Shown: in pieces, positions 26,001 through 38,258 of the stretch
Layout of the letters: the number at the start of each line of letters is the position of its first letter
Numbering within the stretch: position 1 is the first letter of the stretch
Source: Ylistrum balloti
Taxonomy: Eukaryota
Direction of reading: 5' to 3'
Length of the DNA stretch: 64,000 nucleotides
Assembly (NCBI RefSeq): GCF_031769215.1
Contig: NW_026781971.1
Location: 434,001 to 498,000, forward strand
Program-made: the position numbers and the translations under genes
Notes under the pieces: generated by a model
Seen by the model: only the letters and a program-made list of their open reading frames with translations
What the model was told of the DNA's origin: nothing
Database searches by the model: none

Positions 26001-28958
26001 AAATGGAGGGGAAGGAAGGGAACAAGCTGCGAATATCATGACAAATTTTCACAGAAAAAATACGAACGAAAGATGTAGACACAAATTCTGACAATATTCA
26101 ACAAGCAAAAGCGATCAGCACACACTATCAATACGATTCAAGAAATCTGTCATGTAAATGACGTAGAATATTACAAAATATTTTTTTAATATCATTTTCA
26201 ATTCTTGTAAATGATTGATCGACCTGTTACCCGAAACCGAGAGAGATTTCGCCATGACATATTTTTCACATTTCAAAAGTAGCAAATGTCAATTGCAAAA
26301 CACATATACTCAACTGAATTTCCTCATAAAAGGAGATCAGATAGTCACAACTTGAATCTAGGTTTGTGTAAATTGTAATAATTGTGTAGGAAATATAGTG
26401 TTGCTCATTTCAACTGATGTTTTCATCATACCTCTCTTGGTTTCAGGTACTAGGTATACTGAACATATTGCTGAGCCAAGTTTTATTTCATTTTTTACAA
26501 GTAACTTTAATGAGTGAACAGATCTTCTGGGTCATTTCTCCACGTCTGCTCTCTGATAAGGAGAGTGTATAATCCATTAGTATAGAATAATCAAACATGA
26601 AACGAGAACCTAACGATTAAGGATCTAAACACTAAATAAGAAATGATATCTCCTTTTGATGGGAAATTCAGGAATCCAATGATGTATTTTCCCTAGTCTT
26701 TCTTGATCTAAGATGAAAAAGGATATGAGTAGTTTCGTCGATTTTTATACAGCATAGAAATAGACCGAGGACGATGTCAATCACTCAATCAATAATGCTC
26801 TTTATAGTACTAATAATCTACACTTTTATGCTATTTCTTTTTAGCTAAATATCCTTTTTCTCCATAACGATTCAAAACGGTAATTAACATTGTGTTTAAC
26901 CATTTTCTATGGCGTCAAATAAGTCATGCATGATGTATAGACACCAAATATACGATCATGGATTGATCAATGTTTCGCATTCATACTACAAATACGTATA
27001 TCAAAGTCAACTTTCGACTCCACATATCATTATTTTGATGAAGACCATTCTGAATCTGTCTAAAGCTCTACCGAAAGCAATTTTAAACTTTCAATTATTA
27101 TATATTTTTTAAGATCATCAACTCATAGGGAGATATACAAGTTAAGAAATTCAAAATTTACAGCCGGTAACAAAAAAAAAAAATAACAATAAATTTTCAA
27201 AAATATCAATCACCATTTTTTTTTATAATTTGCTAACGGATTTTTAATCTGTAATTTTCATACAAACATGTATCTATAAATAATCAGAGCATGATAATCG
27301 TCATCACTGGAATTTTATTTAAGTGTGACTGAGCTGTAAAGGCCAGGATAATGTGCTTGAAGTGTATGATACACCTTAAATCATTAATATTTTCATCATT
27401 TTACTATTTGTCAACCATAATAACGCATTGCAGTAGCAATACTGTGATGTGAAGTTCTATTTTAAGATAAAAAGATCACTTAATCAATGAAGAACTTTAC
27501 CAATCTATGTAGTAGAAAAAGTCAAAAATGGAAGTTATCAGTATTGTGATGGAATAGGCCTCCGTATATAATACGTTGTATATATTCTGTTTGTTCTGTT
27601 ACAACTAAGTAATACAGAAGTAAACATCAGTCGTATATATTGGTATAAAGAATCTCACAGTTTGCTCTTTTCTATAAAATATATATGTAATGTTGACTTG
27701 ACGACAAGGTCATACACATGAAATACCGCATAGCCGTTCATTTCCTGACGTATATAATTCAAAAGTGTTTACAACATTGTACAACAATAAATGTAAGCAA
27801 CACACATGAATAGCACCTTTCAATACTAATTAGGAATACAACACAGCCCAACAATGAATTGAATTGCATCATAAATAAAACTTGTTGTGTTCCTTTTAAT
27901 CAGTGATACTATGAACCAAATATATTAGGAGTGAAAGAGGAAAAAAATACGAAAACATAGAAAGGAAATGCACATATTTAAAAAAAAAAATACAGTATAA
28001 CTGGTACTTATCAAGGGTCAAAATTTTCGTGATTTTTTTATGGAGTTAAATTTCAACGAATTTGAATTTCTTACTCTGTATGTTAGAGGACATCTCAAAA
28101 TACGTCTTTCGTTATTTCACGACCATTTAATGTACTGCGAAAATAAGTGACAATAAGGTACATATTTTTTATAACTTCAATTACGTGTGTATATTCTGAA
28201 CCATGTCAATATTCAAATGATTTATCAGGGTTATAGCATGCCATTTATAAGACTTATTCATGTAATATTATTAACATATATAGACTGATATTATATATTA
28301 TACAACTAAAAATATTCAAAATTCCAAATAGAGACGTCTATATGTCTATAATGTTTGATTGAATTTAAAAAAGGTATATAGTAATTGCATTGAATTTAAT
28401 GTATAATTCTATGTCATCAGTATTGTGACGTCATGCTCGTTTTATGACGTCTTAAACAATGACGTCACTTTTTGTTTTCAATTAGTATATTGCCGATAGG
28501 AAATCGATATCAGAGACATAATTTTCATATCTTTACTCATTGTTTCTACTACATCTCATCTCGAACAAATCAAAACTTAATGATTTGGTATCTTCTGAAA
28601 ACACAGAAGTACAGAACTTAGGTTTGGTTTAGGAAGTCCAGACGATAGCCCTTAACCATCAGACATTTCAATAATTCATTGTTTTCATTTCATTATTGCT
28701 TATTATTAGAAGCCTCTGGACAACAGGCGGCTAAATCGGCGAATGCACCAAGTCCAACATAATTGGCGAATTTGTTGTTTTAGTTTATTTCACAGTTCAT
28801 GTTGTTTCCCTGTTTTGTTTCTTGTGTGTTCAGAGCACAGGACTTGTTTCTTCGTTTCTGTGATATTTTATCATTTATGCCTAAAATCTTAATATTATCG
28901 TTGTTTAATCATTTTTCCCATTTCTTCCTATGACAATTTTGCTAAACTTTTGACCACA

Positions 28959-31900
28959 CTACATATGAACAGAATTCACTTGGTCATTTCCATCATCGTT
29001 CAATCTTCTGTTCAGTCTCTTTGTCTGCACTTCTTTCGCCGAACAAAAGAACTTGAAAACTATACACATTAAGATGATCAGAACTGCAACACAGACGAAG
29101 CCAACAAGCAGACCGATCATCATATCCTGAAAGGTTGAAAAAGAACTATCTTTATTAGTCATCTAATAATAATGATGATATGAAAGGACAATAGAAAACA
29201 TATTGTCCGTTGATATTTTAAGTTACATAATTTATTAGAAAAATTACTACAGTTTACAGTCGGAAACGACGGTGCTGATTTTGTTTCACTAACAAAAAAA
29301 TGAAAAAATGAGTTAATGAATTAAAAAATGACAAAAAGGGAGATTAGTTGACCTAGTATTAAATGAAAACCTCACCTGCTTGCTTTTTTCAGTCTTTTCT
29401 GCAGCGTGTACACCTGATAACAATAAAAGGACAGTGATTAAAGCTAATTTGTGAAACAGTAGATTAAGACAAGGTGTTCTCAGTAACAAAGATTGGTGAT
29501 TTTTCAAAACGACTTTCAGTATTAAGAATAGATAGTACTTAACTAACACTTTTTCAATCCACTGTTAGTAAAATGCATACAATACACTGAATATGGAATG
29601 TGTACATCGTGCACGTGTAGTTATTTTTTTCCGTTTAAGACTGTAATTTGAAATTATAAATTTACATTGGAGATTTATTTCCGTTGATTACGATGACGCT
29701 CTTAATCCACGAATATATATGTCCACGAATTGTTACAATAAGTAATGATATTTTATGGAGCTATCCACGACATCAAATATCCGCGAAATATATCTATTTT
29801 TTCATTTACATTATCTCATTTTTTTTATCCTCACTTAATTTCTGATTTCACAGTCAGCAAATACCAAATAGATATATCAGGTGTGATATATGGATGATTT
29901 GGGCACTAACTCAAATATGTAATTTTTTTTTTTTTTTTTTTTGTAAATTTACATATTAAATGATTTTAGAAACATGTAACACCGTTTTAAATTTCAAATC
30001 TGAGAAATTGTTTCAGCTACGAACCAGTAGGTGATAGGTTACCGACTAAATCACATTTACGAATACTAAGATATCGAATATTCTTTCATCATCAATCAAT
30101 AGATCATAAATCAATGTGTAGGATCAATAATTAAATGTGTAGGTAAAGCGTGTGTGTGTCATACTAATGTGTAGGTAAAGCGTGTGTCCTAAGACGCCCC
30201 AGTCAGAACTCATACTAATGTGTAGGTAAAGCGTGTGTCCTAAGACGCCCCAGTCAGAACTCATACTAATGTGTAGGTAAAGTGTGTGTCCTAAGACGCC
30301 CCAGTCAGAACTCATACTAATGTGAATATTTTTCACGCTAATTTTATTTCTGTGCTTTTTGTGAAGTAAGTATGGAACTATAATGTTAATGTACTAATTA
30401 CATTGTCCCTATGTTTTTAATATAGCAACTGTGGCCGATACGTAAATTTATCAATGCGCTAATTTGTGATTAGATAAAGTACGTTAACAATATACGGGAA
30501 ACTACTTAACAGTCTGATTGATTGTATTGTTCTTTATATTATTCGACGTTTATCCCTAAATTCCATAAGTATCAGAAGTAGGGCGGATAAGGGGAGGGAG
30601 GATGTATTTTACGTTGACGCTTCCAAAGCTTTCAAAACTATGAACAAAAAATATTTGCTTCTTTGCCAGATTTATTGTCAGGATTAACTTTCCAGAGGAG
30701 TTACAGTAAAGTGTCTTGTCCAAGGACGCAGGTACTACAATACATAATGATCTGTTTCTCAGATTCCCGAAAAAAATCACCTCTTAATGATCATGGAACT
30801 ACATTACTCAGATCTTCATCTGATGATACGTAGTCTGATCTTCTACCGACTGAGCTTTGATCTTCCCTATTGTGATAACTCAATGACACATGATACATAC
30901 TATACACTGCCACTTCAAACATACGTTCACAAAGAATAACTCCCTTGAAACTCATTACTGCATTCCGATTAATTTGGGGTAATTATCAATGAATAATTTA
31001 ATTGTCGATTTTCTTTGTTGTTTTGATACATATGATATCCTTTATGATTCCGCTTGATTGATGTTCTTTTCTAAACATGTAAATTTCTATCAGAATATTG
31101 AATAGGACTGTTGCATCTGAATGTTTAGCAGTGTTTGCTTACTTCATAGTAAGCCATCAAACATGCACTAGACTAGAACTGAGACTATATGTATTGTTTT
31201 CCTTATTAGGCACTGACCATGGCATAGAAGTATTCAAGACACTTTGTGTCTTTTTGAAATAAGCCGTTACACTATACTAAAGCGTCATTCGTTACCAGAC
31301 GCATACCTTTGATTTCATTTGGACTGATTGATAATTTGTGAGCCTCATACCTTAGGACTTATCTGTTAGCGGACATATTGCATTATTTTTCAACTCAATC
31401 CCCTGAAGTATCAATACACTTTTGCCAGCATTGTTTTAGGGACTCATTGCCACTTTTAAAGAAGCAATTTTCTTTATCGTTAGGAGAGTGCTTCACTGCA
31501 TGCATAATCTAACCGAAAGTAGGTACCGAAAATGATATATTTGGAAATAGATGAAATTCTGATGGAGCGAGTTCAGGGGGATAAGCCAGATGTTCAATTG
31601 ATTCAAAGATTCAATCGTTAATGGCATTCAAGGCAATGACAGAGTTGTGAATTGGGGCGTTGTCCTGGTGAAACAACACCTTTACTGAGTTTTCTATGGT
31701 GCTTGAGTTTGATATTTTCTCTCGGCTGCCTAAGTGATGCATTATATGTGCCATTGACTGTTTGTTCTCTTTGAAAATAATTTACCATCTGAATACCCTC
31801 ATCATCCCAGAAAACCGAGGCTATAACATTTCACTTTGATTTCGATCGTTTCTAGACGAGTCCTTTTAATTTCACTCGTTACCAGACGCGTCCCTTTGAT

Positions 31901-32497
31901 TTCGATCGTTACCAGACGCGTCCCTTTGATTTCGATCGTTACCAGACGCGTCCCTTTGATTTTGATCGTTACCAGACGTGTCCCTTTGATTTCGATCGTT
32001 ACCAGGGGTGTCCCTTTGATTTCGATCGTTACCAGACGTGTCTCTTTGATTTCGATTACTACCAGACGCGTCCCTTTGATTTCGATCGTTACCAGACGCG
32101 TCCCTGTGATTTCGATCGTTACCAGACGCGTCTCTTTGATTTTGATCGTTACCAGACGTGTCCCTTTGATTTCGATCGTTACCAGGGGTGTCCCTTTGAT
32201 TTCGATCGTTACCAGACGCGTCCCTTTGATTTCGATCGATACCAGACGTGTCCGTTTTATTTCGAATGTTCCAGACGTGCCCCTATATATAGTTTTAATC
32301 GAAAAATCTAAGGATTCACATAACAAAATTTGTCTTCACTTCACACATAGATCTTTCTATAAACTGTCTTTCATGTCATTTTCTTTTCTGGAAAAGCTAT
32401 TTCGTTTGAGTGAAATGGTTACATAATTTGTCTTACCTGTGGTGTGGATGATAAGCAGCGCTGTTAAAAGACTGAGATAGAAGTACGATAAATCCAT
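28959..32497 (-). CDS. Small single-pass membrane protein, 88 aa, unknown family
   Basis: Exons 32497-32437 (MDLSYFYLSLLTALLIIHTT-G, GTAAG donor), 29413-29376 (VHAAEKTEKSKQ, GTGAG donor), 29126-28959 (DMMIGLLVGFVCVAVLIILMCIVFKFFCSAKEVQTKRLNRRLNDDGNDQVNSVHM*). Phases match; signal peptide, TM helix and basic cytosolic flank form a coherent topology. Confidence 0.75.
30140..30325. repeat. 51-bp tandem repeat, ~3.5 copies
   Basis: CATACTAATGTG at 30160, 30211, 30262, 30313. Confidence 0.95.
31321..31800 (-). mobile_element. Tc1/mariner transposase 3' remnant with TIR-like end
   Basis: Frameshifted translation gives VLFHQDNAPIHNS, YPPELAPSEFHLFP, CWQKCIDTSGD*VEK*; mariner-like terminal sequence GGACTGATTGATAATTTGTGAGCCT at 31321-31345. 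Confidence 0.85.
31830..32285. repeat. 30-bp minisatellite, ~15 copies (TTTGATTTCGATCGTTACCAGACGCGTCCC)
   Basis: Direct reading; a solo degenerate unit lies at 31285-31320. Confidence 0.96.
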
Positions 32498-33625
32498 GTT
32501 GTGTCCTCTTTTCTTCACACCGGTGTTGACCAAAATATGAAAATGTGCTCCCTATATATATGTACGTCAAATTTCACAATACTCCGTTAAGTTACCACAA
32601 CTGATATTCCAAAACTTTGTACAGTTTTGTCAGTTTATAACATTAATGTACAGCTATTCAGTGACGATCGTCTCAAATGAATGTTTGAAATATATTTAGT
32701 TCGATTTTATATATTTTTTCAGATATTTTCGGAATGTTCAAAGTAGAGACAGAAATAATCTTCAAGGTAGATACTAGATTGTCCTCGGTGTAATACCAAT
32801 TGCTATGTATCATCTGAGTTATTGATTTTGATAAATATATCACGTGGTTTTAATAATTAATTCTGTCGAACGAAATAGTTCTGGGAAAGAATATCTGAAT
32901 AGTCACATAAACATACAACAAGAACGTCACGCCGTGCTAGGCATATGTATTGTCTACAATGCAGTTGTAGTGTAAATATATGTATCCCTGAAATGGAGCA
33001 TTTTTATCCACGGTTGGATGAACTAGGAACGAACGACAGATCACCAGATAACTAACTGAAAATTATTTTACACTTTTGAAAATACCTCTCTCAGGTTAAT
33101 ACAATCCAAAATTCACTTCAGTCAAAATAAATAATTGAAAAGAAAATAATGTTATATTCATGGAAGAACACAATCATTATATATTTCAATCAAATCACTA
33201 TGATTCCCAAATGGAAAAAAAACAAAGCTGAAATGATTACATCCTCAATGAAAGGTGTCTTCATTGAATCAAAATTGATATGGAAATAACTTGGATGATG
33301 AAATTCCTAAAACTGAGTTCGGGTTACTAGGGAGATGGTGGTTTTTTTTTTTTTTTGTTTCATGACTCACAATTGATTGTCGTAAGAAACCAATTATCGA
33401 CCTTCCCACAGTTTCCACTATAATACGGTCTAGTGTACTAGATACCTAGAACATCAGGACAAGTTCATAGATCAACACAGGAATAATTTATCATGGATAA
33501 TGATTAATGTCTTTTTACAGGCGTACGAAAAGATCCCGTGCATTACAATAGTGGATGGAGTGAATAGCGCCTTTCTAAACAAATCTAGCATTTGATACAG
33601 TAGAGAAAGACAATGAACTATACTT

Positions 33626-33700
33626 CATAATACAGTTGTTTTGTCTTTGTTGGACTAGATGACCAGGGCCTAAATTTTAAAAACCTAGGAGGCGACTGAG
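33626..33700 (-). mobile_element. Hammerhead-family element with deleted core
   Basis: cataatacagttgttttgtctttgttggact aligns to the family consensus catcatacagctgtttcgtccttctaggact, lacks the CTGACG box, then shares the flank seen at 12984-13015. Confidence 0.55.
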
Positions 33701-34399
33701 AGAAACAACCAAAACGATTTCTTTACGAATCATACTATGAAACAGACATTCACTTAAACGAGCATCAATGTCGATAAAAAATATGGAAGTGTTAGATTCA
33801 TGTATGCAAATTGTAGAAGTTTTATGAACGAACTCAATAATTTCATATTAAAAATCATTCTTCGTGTTACTATTCAGGAACACCTGGTCTTTGCCTCCTT
33901 TCACTTTTCATGAGTTTCCATGTAAATCCTTCTTTTATTCATATTTCGTCGAATTGAGATTGAATTCTGATTCCGTGAACATGTTTTTATTTCCTTTGTT
34001 CTTTCTGTCCTTTTCAATCCTGGTCAACCAGTGCTCGACAGAGTTTAAAAGGTAAAAATATTAAAAAGTCATTGCCAACTAAAAGCTGCGTTCCGACACA
34101 GTTACTGCAGCAAAACGGCAAAGTGTAGATGGAATCTGATAACTACTACTAGTATACAGATTCATGAAATATTTATTGCAATGATAAAAAGTACAATACA
34201 TCGATTATTGTAAACATGAAAAAGCTGATTTTACATTTTCTTTGATCATAAACACATGATACACACACACATAACCCCCACATAATGACACTGTCATTTT
34301 TCATCCCTGATTGAATAATTCCTTCCTTAAATAATTCTTATCTGATAATGATTACCTATCTCGATATTGAAATTTCTTTCGATCAAAGTTATGCCCTTA

Positions 34400-34846
34400 G
34401 CAACACTGACGAATCCCGGATGGACGAAACAGCTGTATGATACAGCATTACTTACGAGTCCTAGAAGGACGAAACATCTGTATGATACAGCATCACAGAC
34501 GAGTCTTAGATGGATGAAACAACTGTATGATAAAGCATCACTGACGAGTCCTAGAATTGCGAAACAACAGTATGGTACAGCATTACTGACGAGTCCTAGA
34601 AAGACGAAGCAGCTATATGATACAGCATTACTGATGAGTCCTAGAAGGACGAAACATCTGTATGATACAGCATTACTGAGGAGTCCTCAAAGGACGAAAC
34701 AGCTATATGATACATCATTTCTGACGAATCCTAGAAGGATGAAACATCTGTATGATACAATATTAGTGACGCGTCCTAGAAAGACGAAACAGCGATATGA
34801 TATAGCATCACAGACGAGTCTTAGATGAACGAAAAAACTGGATGAT
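34400..34846 (+). ncRNA. Tandem array of ten 45-bp minimal type I hammerhead ribozyme units
   Basis: Cores start at 34406 and recur every 45 bp to 34811. Consensus GCAT(C/T)A-CTGACGA-GTCC-TAGAA-GGAC-GAAAC-AGCT-GTA-TGATACA: CUGANGA box, 4-bp stem II, GAAA box, palindromic stem III ACAGCTGT, GUA cleavage triplet, short stem I. Confidence 0.88.
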
Positions 34847-35559
34847 TCATACATCAGTTCATTGTATTTACTGTATCTTATCCACATTTGTATCTAATGG
34901 TGATATTTATCTGTGTGTCATTTGTACAATCTCCATCCTTTAACTTATTGTTATGTGTTAAAATATTCTCAATACCTCAACTAACCATTGCCGTAACTAT
35001 TACCTGACACAATTTCTCCGTTATTTAACATTTCTTTTATGACCCCCCCCCCTCCTTCTGCCACACGGAGGGTCAGCCATACTCTTTATTCAAATGTCAG
35101 AGTTTCACCTCAGGATGCTTCAAACAAAATTTGGGGAAAAAAATTCTATACAAAGGATCTTGTTTTAATGGTAGATATATTGTATGAAAATAATGAGGAA
35201 GCTGTACAGTCGTCATAATTTTCTCATTGAGAAATATTCTATTTCTTTGTGCGATATGAAGCTGGACGTTTTTGATGCTCTTTAATTTGAATGTTTGTGC
35301 TGTTGAGAATGGGACATTACTTACTTAGATTAACCAAGATTTACACGGCGGGTGTCGTCGATGAACCAGAAGACGCTTACTCTTCAGGAGTCTCCGTGTA
35401 AATTTTTCTTTTGTTTATAGTTTGTTTGTATGTTGGTATATTCTTGTTGCATTTTTTCCAGAACCAACTCCTCAAACCTCCTGGGCCGAGACCCTTTATT
35501 TATATAAAACTGGTTCCCTTTCCATCAATGATAGTGCTTCCCCAAAGGATACTTCTGAC

Positions 35560-35830
35560 AAAATTTACTTAAAATGCCCAAAGCACAACAAAAGAGATTC
35601 TAAATCTTTTCCTCTATTTTCTCCATTTGGCCCCTTCCCTCTGCCCCCACGGTGCCAAACCTACAGTTTATACAAAATTGAGTTCCCTCTATCCAAGGAT
35701 GCTTTGTACCAAATTTGGACAAAATTTTGCAATCCCTATAGAGGAAAGGTTTTACAGTTGTTCATTTATTTCCTCTTTTAAGTTTGATTCATCCGCCTCC
35801 ATGATGTCAAGATCCACAGTTTATACAAAA
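35560..35830 (-). mobile_element. DINE-like core repeat monomers
   Basis: Homologous to 60620-60730; related monomer fragment near 35040-35140. Confidence 0.5.
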
Positions 35831-36750
35831 TTGATAGCTGTTATCCCAGAAAATCTTGTCTATTATGATGACGAGGCTGTAATATAACAACACTTTGCTG
35901 GCATCCTTTACTACACAATTCCTAAACATTTTCAGTTAAATACACCTATCGAGCCGAAGTTGAAATATTTGGTTTTTATCAAGATGGTGGTCATATTGGA
36001 TTTCTTACTAGCCCAAAACAATAACGACACCACTTGGTTTAGGCAGTCCCAGGATCATTCCTGCCAATTTTAGCTAAATCCAACCTTCGGAACTTGAAAC
36101 TTGCAAAATGTGAAAAAATCAAGCGAGACACACAACAGTGACTACAAGTCAAATAAAGAACCAAATGCAGTTTACACGGAGACCTTTCAAACAGTACAAA
36201 GAGAATAGGACAAGGTGTCACGGAAGGGTTAAAACGTCGTCTGTTTCACTAACGACATCCGCCATGTAAAATTTTGATCAACAACAACTAAACCACTAGT
36301 TACACTAATGAATATCAAACACATCTAACTTCATCAATAGAATGTTATGACGACCATAAAATTCCTTATTGTTTCACTTGAATTTGTTTTGTTTTATCTG
36401 TCAACTGTAACTATATTTTATGGTAATCTAGAAATTTGGAAGTATTCGGGTAAATGTCACACTGATGAAAAAAAAGAGAAAGTTATATTTTTGCTTAAAA
36501 GGATATCTGTGATAATTTATTAAAAATGTCGCGTTACTCTACAAGAAACACTGAAACATTCCATAATTGAAAATACCTAGTGACATTGTTGATAATGTGA
36601 TTTGATTCAAAAAGTGCAACGCATCTTATACATATGGGACAGTACGATGATAAGGCAAGGACAAAGCCCATTGTAATGGATAAGACTGGTCAGAAACAGG
36701 CTTAATGCTATATCAACAGCGATCATAAATCAAGCCATTTGATAGATTGC

Positions 36751-38258
36751 ATACACCGGCTCGAGTAGGAATCGGTACATACACCGGCCCGAGTAGGAAT
36801 CGGTCCATACACCGGCCCGAGTAGGAATCGGTTCATACACCGGCTCGAGTAGGAATCGGTTCATACACCGGTCCGAGTAGGAATCGGTACATACACCGGC
36901 CCGAGTAGGAATCGGTTCATACACCGGCCCGAGTAGGAATCGGTTCATACACCGGTCCGAGTAGGAATCGGTCCATACACCGGCCCGAGTAGGAATCGGT
37001 ACATACACCGGCCCGAGTAGGAATCGGTACATACACCGGCCCGGGTAGGAATCGGTACATACACCGGCCCGAGTAGGAATCGGTACATACACCGGCCCGA
37101 TTAGGAATCGGTACATACACCGGCCCGGGTAGGAATCGAGCCATACACCGGTCCGGGTAGGAATCGGTACATACACCGGCCCGATTAGGAATCGGTACAT
37201 ACACCGGCCCGAGTAGGAATCGGTACATACACCGGCCCGATTAGGAATCGGTACATACACCGGCCCGGGTAGGAATCGGTCCATACACCGGCCCGAGTAG
37301 GAATCGGTACATACACCGGCCCGATTAGGAATCGATACATACACCGGCCCGAGTAGGAATCGGTTACACCGGCCCGAGTAGGAATCGGTACATACACCGG
37401 CCCGGGTAGGAATCGAGCCATACACCGGTCCGGGTAGGAATCGGTTCATACACCGGCTTGAGTAGGAATCGGTTACACCGGCCCGAGTAGGAATCGGTTA
37501 CACCGGCCCGATTAGGAATCGGTCCATACACCGGCCCGAGTAGGAATCGGTACATACACCGGCCCGAGTAGGAATCGGTACATACACCGGCCCGAGTAGG
37601 AATCGGTACATACACCGGCCCGGGTAGGAATCGAGCCATACACCGGTCCGGGTAGGAATCGGTTCATACACCGGCTTGAGTAGGAATCGGTTCATACACC
37701 GGCCCGAGTAGGAATCGGTTACACCGGCCCGAGTAGGAATCGGTACATACACCGGCCTGAGTAGGAATCGGTTACACCGGCCCGATAAGGAATCGGTCCA
37801 TACACCGGCCCGGGTAGGAATCGAGCCATACACCGGTCCGGGTAGGAATCGGTTCATACACCGGCTTGAGTAGGAATCGGTTACACCGGCCCGGGTAGGA
37901 ATCGGTTCATACACTGGCCCGATTAGGAATCGGTTCATACACCGGCCCGAGTAGGAATCGGTTCATACACCGGCCCGAGTAGGAATCGGTACATACACCG
38001 GCCCGGGTAGGAATCGGTTCATACACCGGCCCGAGTAGGAATCGGTTCATACACCGGCCCGAGTAGGAATCGGTCCATACACCGGCCCGAGTAGGAATCG
38101 GTACATACACCGGCCCGAGTAGGAATCGGTTCATACACCGGCCCGAGTAGGAATCGGTTCATACACCGGCTCGAGTAGGAATCGGTTCATACACCGGCCC
38201 GAGTAGGAATCGGTACATACACCGGCCTGAGTAGGAACCGGTTCATACACCGGCCCGA
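36751..38258. repeat. 28-bp GC-rich minisatellite, ~54 copies (ATACACCGGCCCGAGTAGGAATCGGT(A/T)C)
   Basis: Direct reading; some units carry short deletions. Confidence 0.97.

Noticed and set aside
28420-28470. Cluster of three CRE-like TGACGTC sites
   Set aside because: The motif is frequent throughout the window, including inside exons, so a cluster is not informative.
29414-29549. Apparent signal peptide in ORF 29313-29549
   Set aside because: It is the polypyrimidine tract of the 29413 acceptor; no in-frame ATG; the real signal exon is 32497-32437.
30140-30325. Twister ribozyme-like GTCCTAAG loop and TAA in the 51-bp repeat
   Set aside because: Partners for the T1 and T2 pseudoknots and P2 were not found in the required order.
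30780-30860. tRNA gene (A-box AGCTCAGTCGGTAGA on minus strand)
   Set aside because: No B-box or cloverleaf; at best a SINE head remnant, like the B-box-only fragment near 17160-17190.
31802-32426. 174 and 196 aa ORFs on both strands
   Set aside because: Consequence of a stop-free 30-bp repeat inside an intron.
34367-34828. 153 aa ORF with LYDTALLTSPRRTKH repeats
   Set aside because: Alternative start, no splice context; the conserved positions are better explained by hammerhead structure.
36730-38258. CRISPR-like array or long Pro/Gly ORFs
   Set aside because: Units are directly adjacent with no unique spacers, the genome is eukaryotic, and the ORFs shift frame with the 28-bp period.
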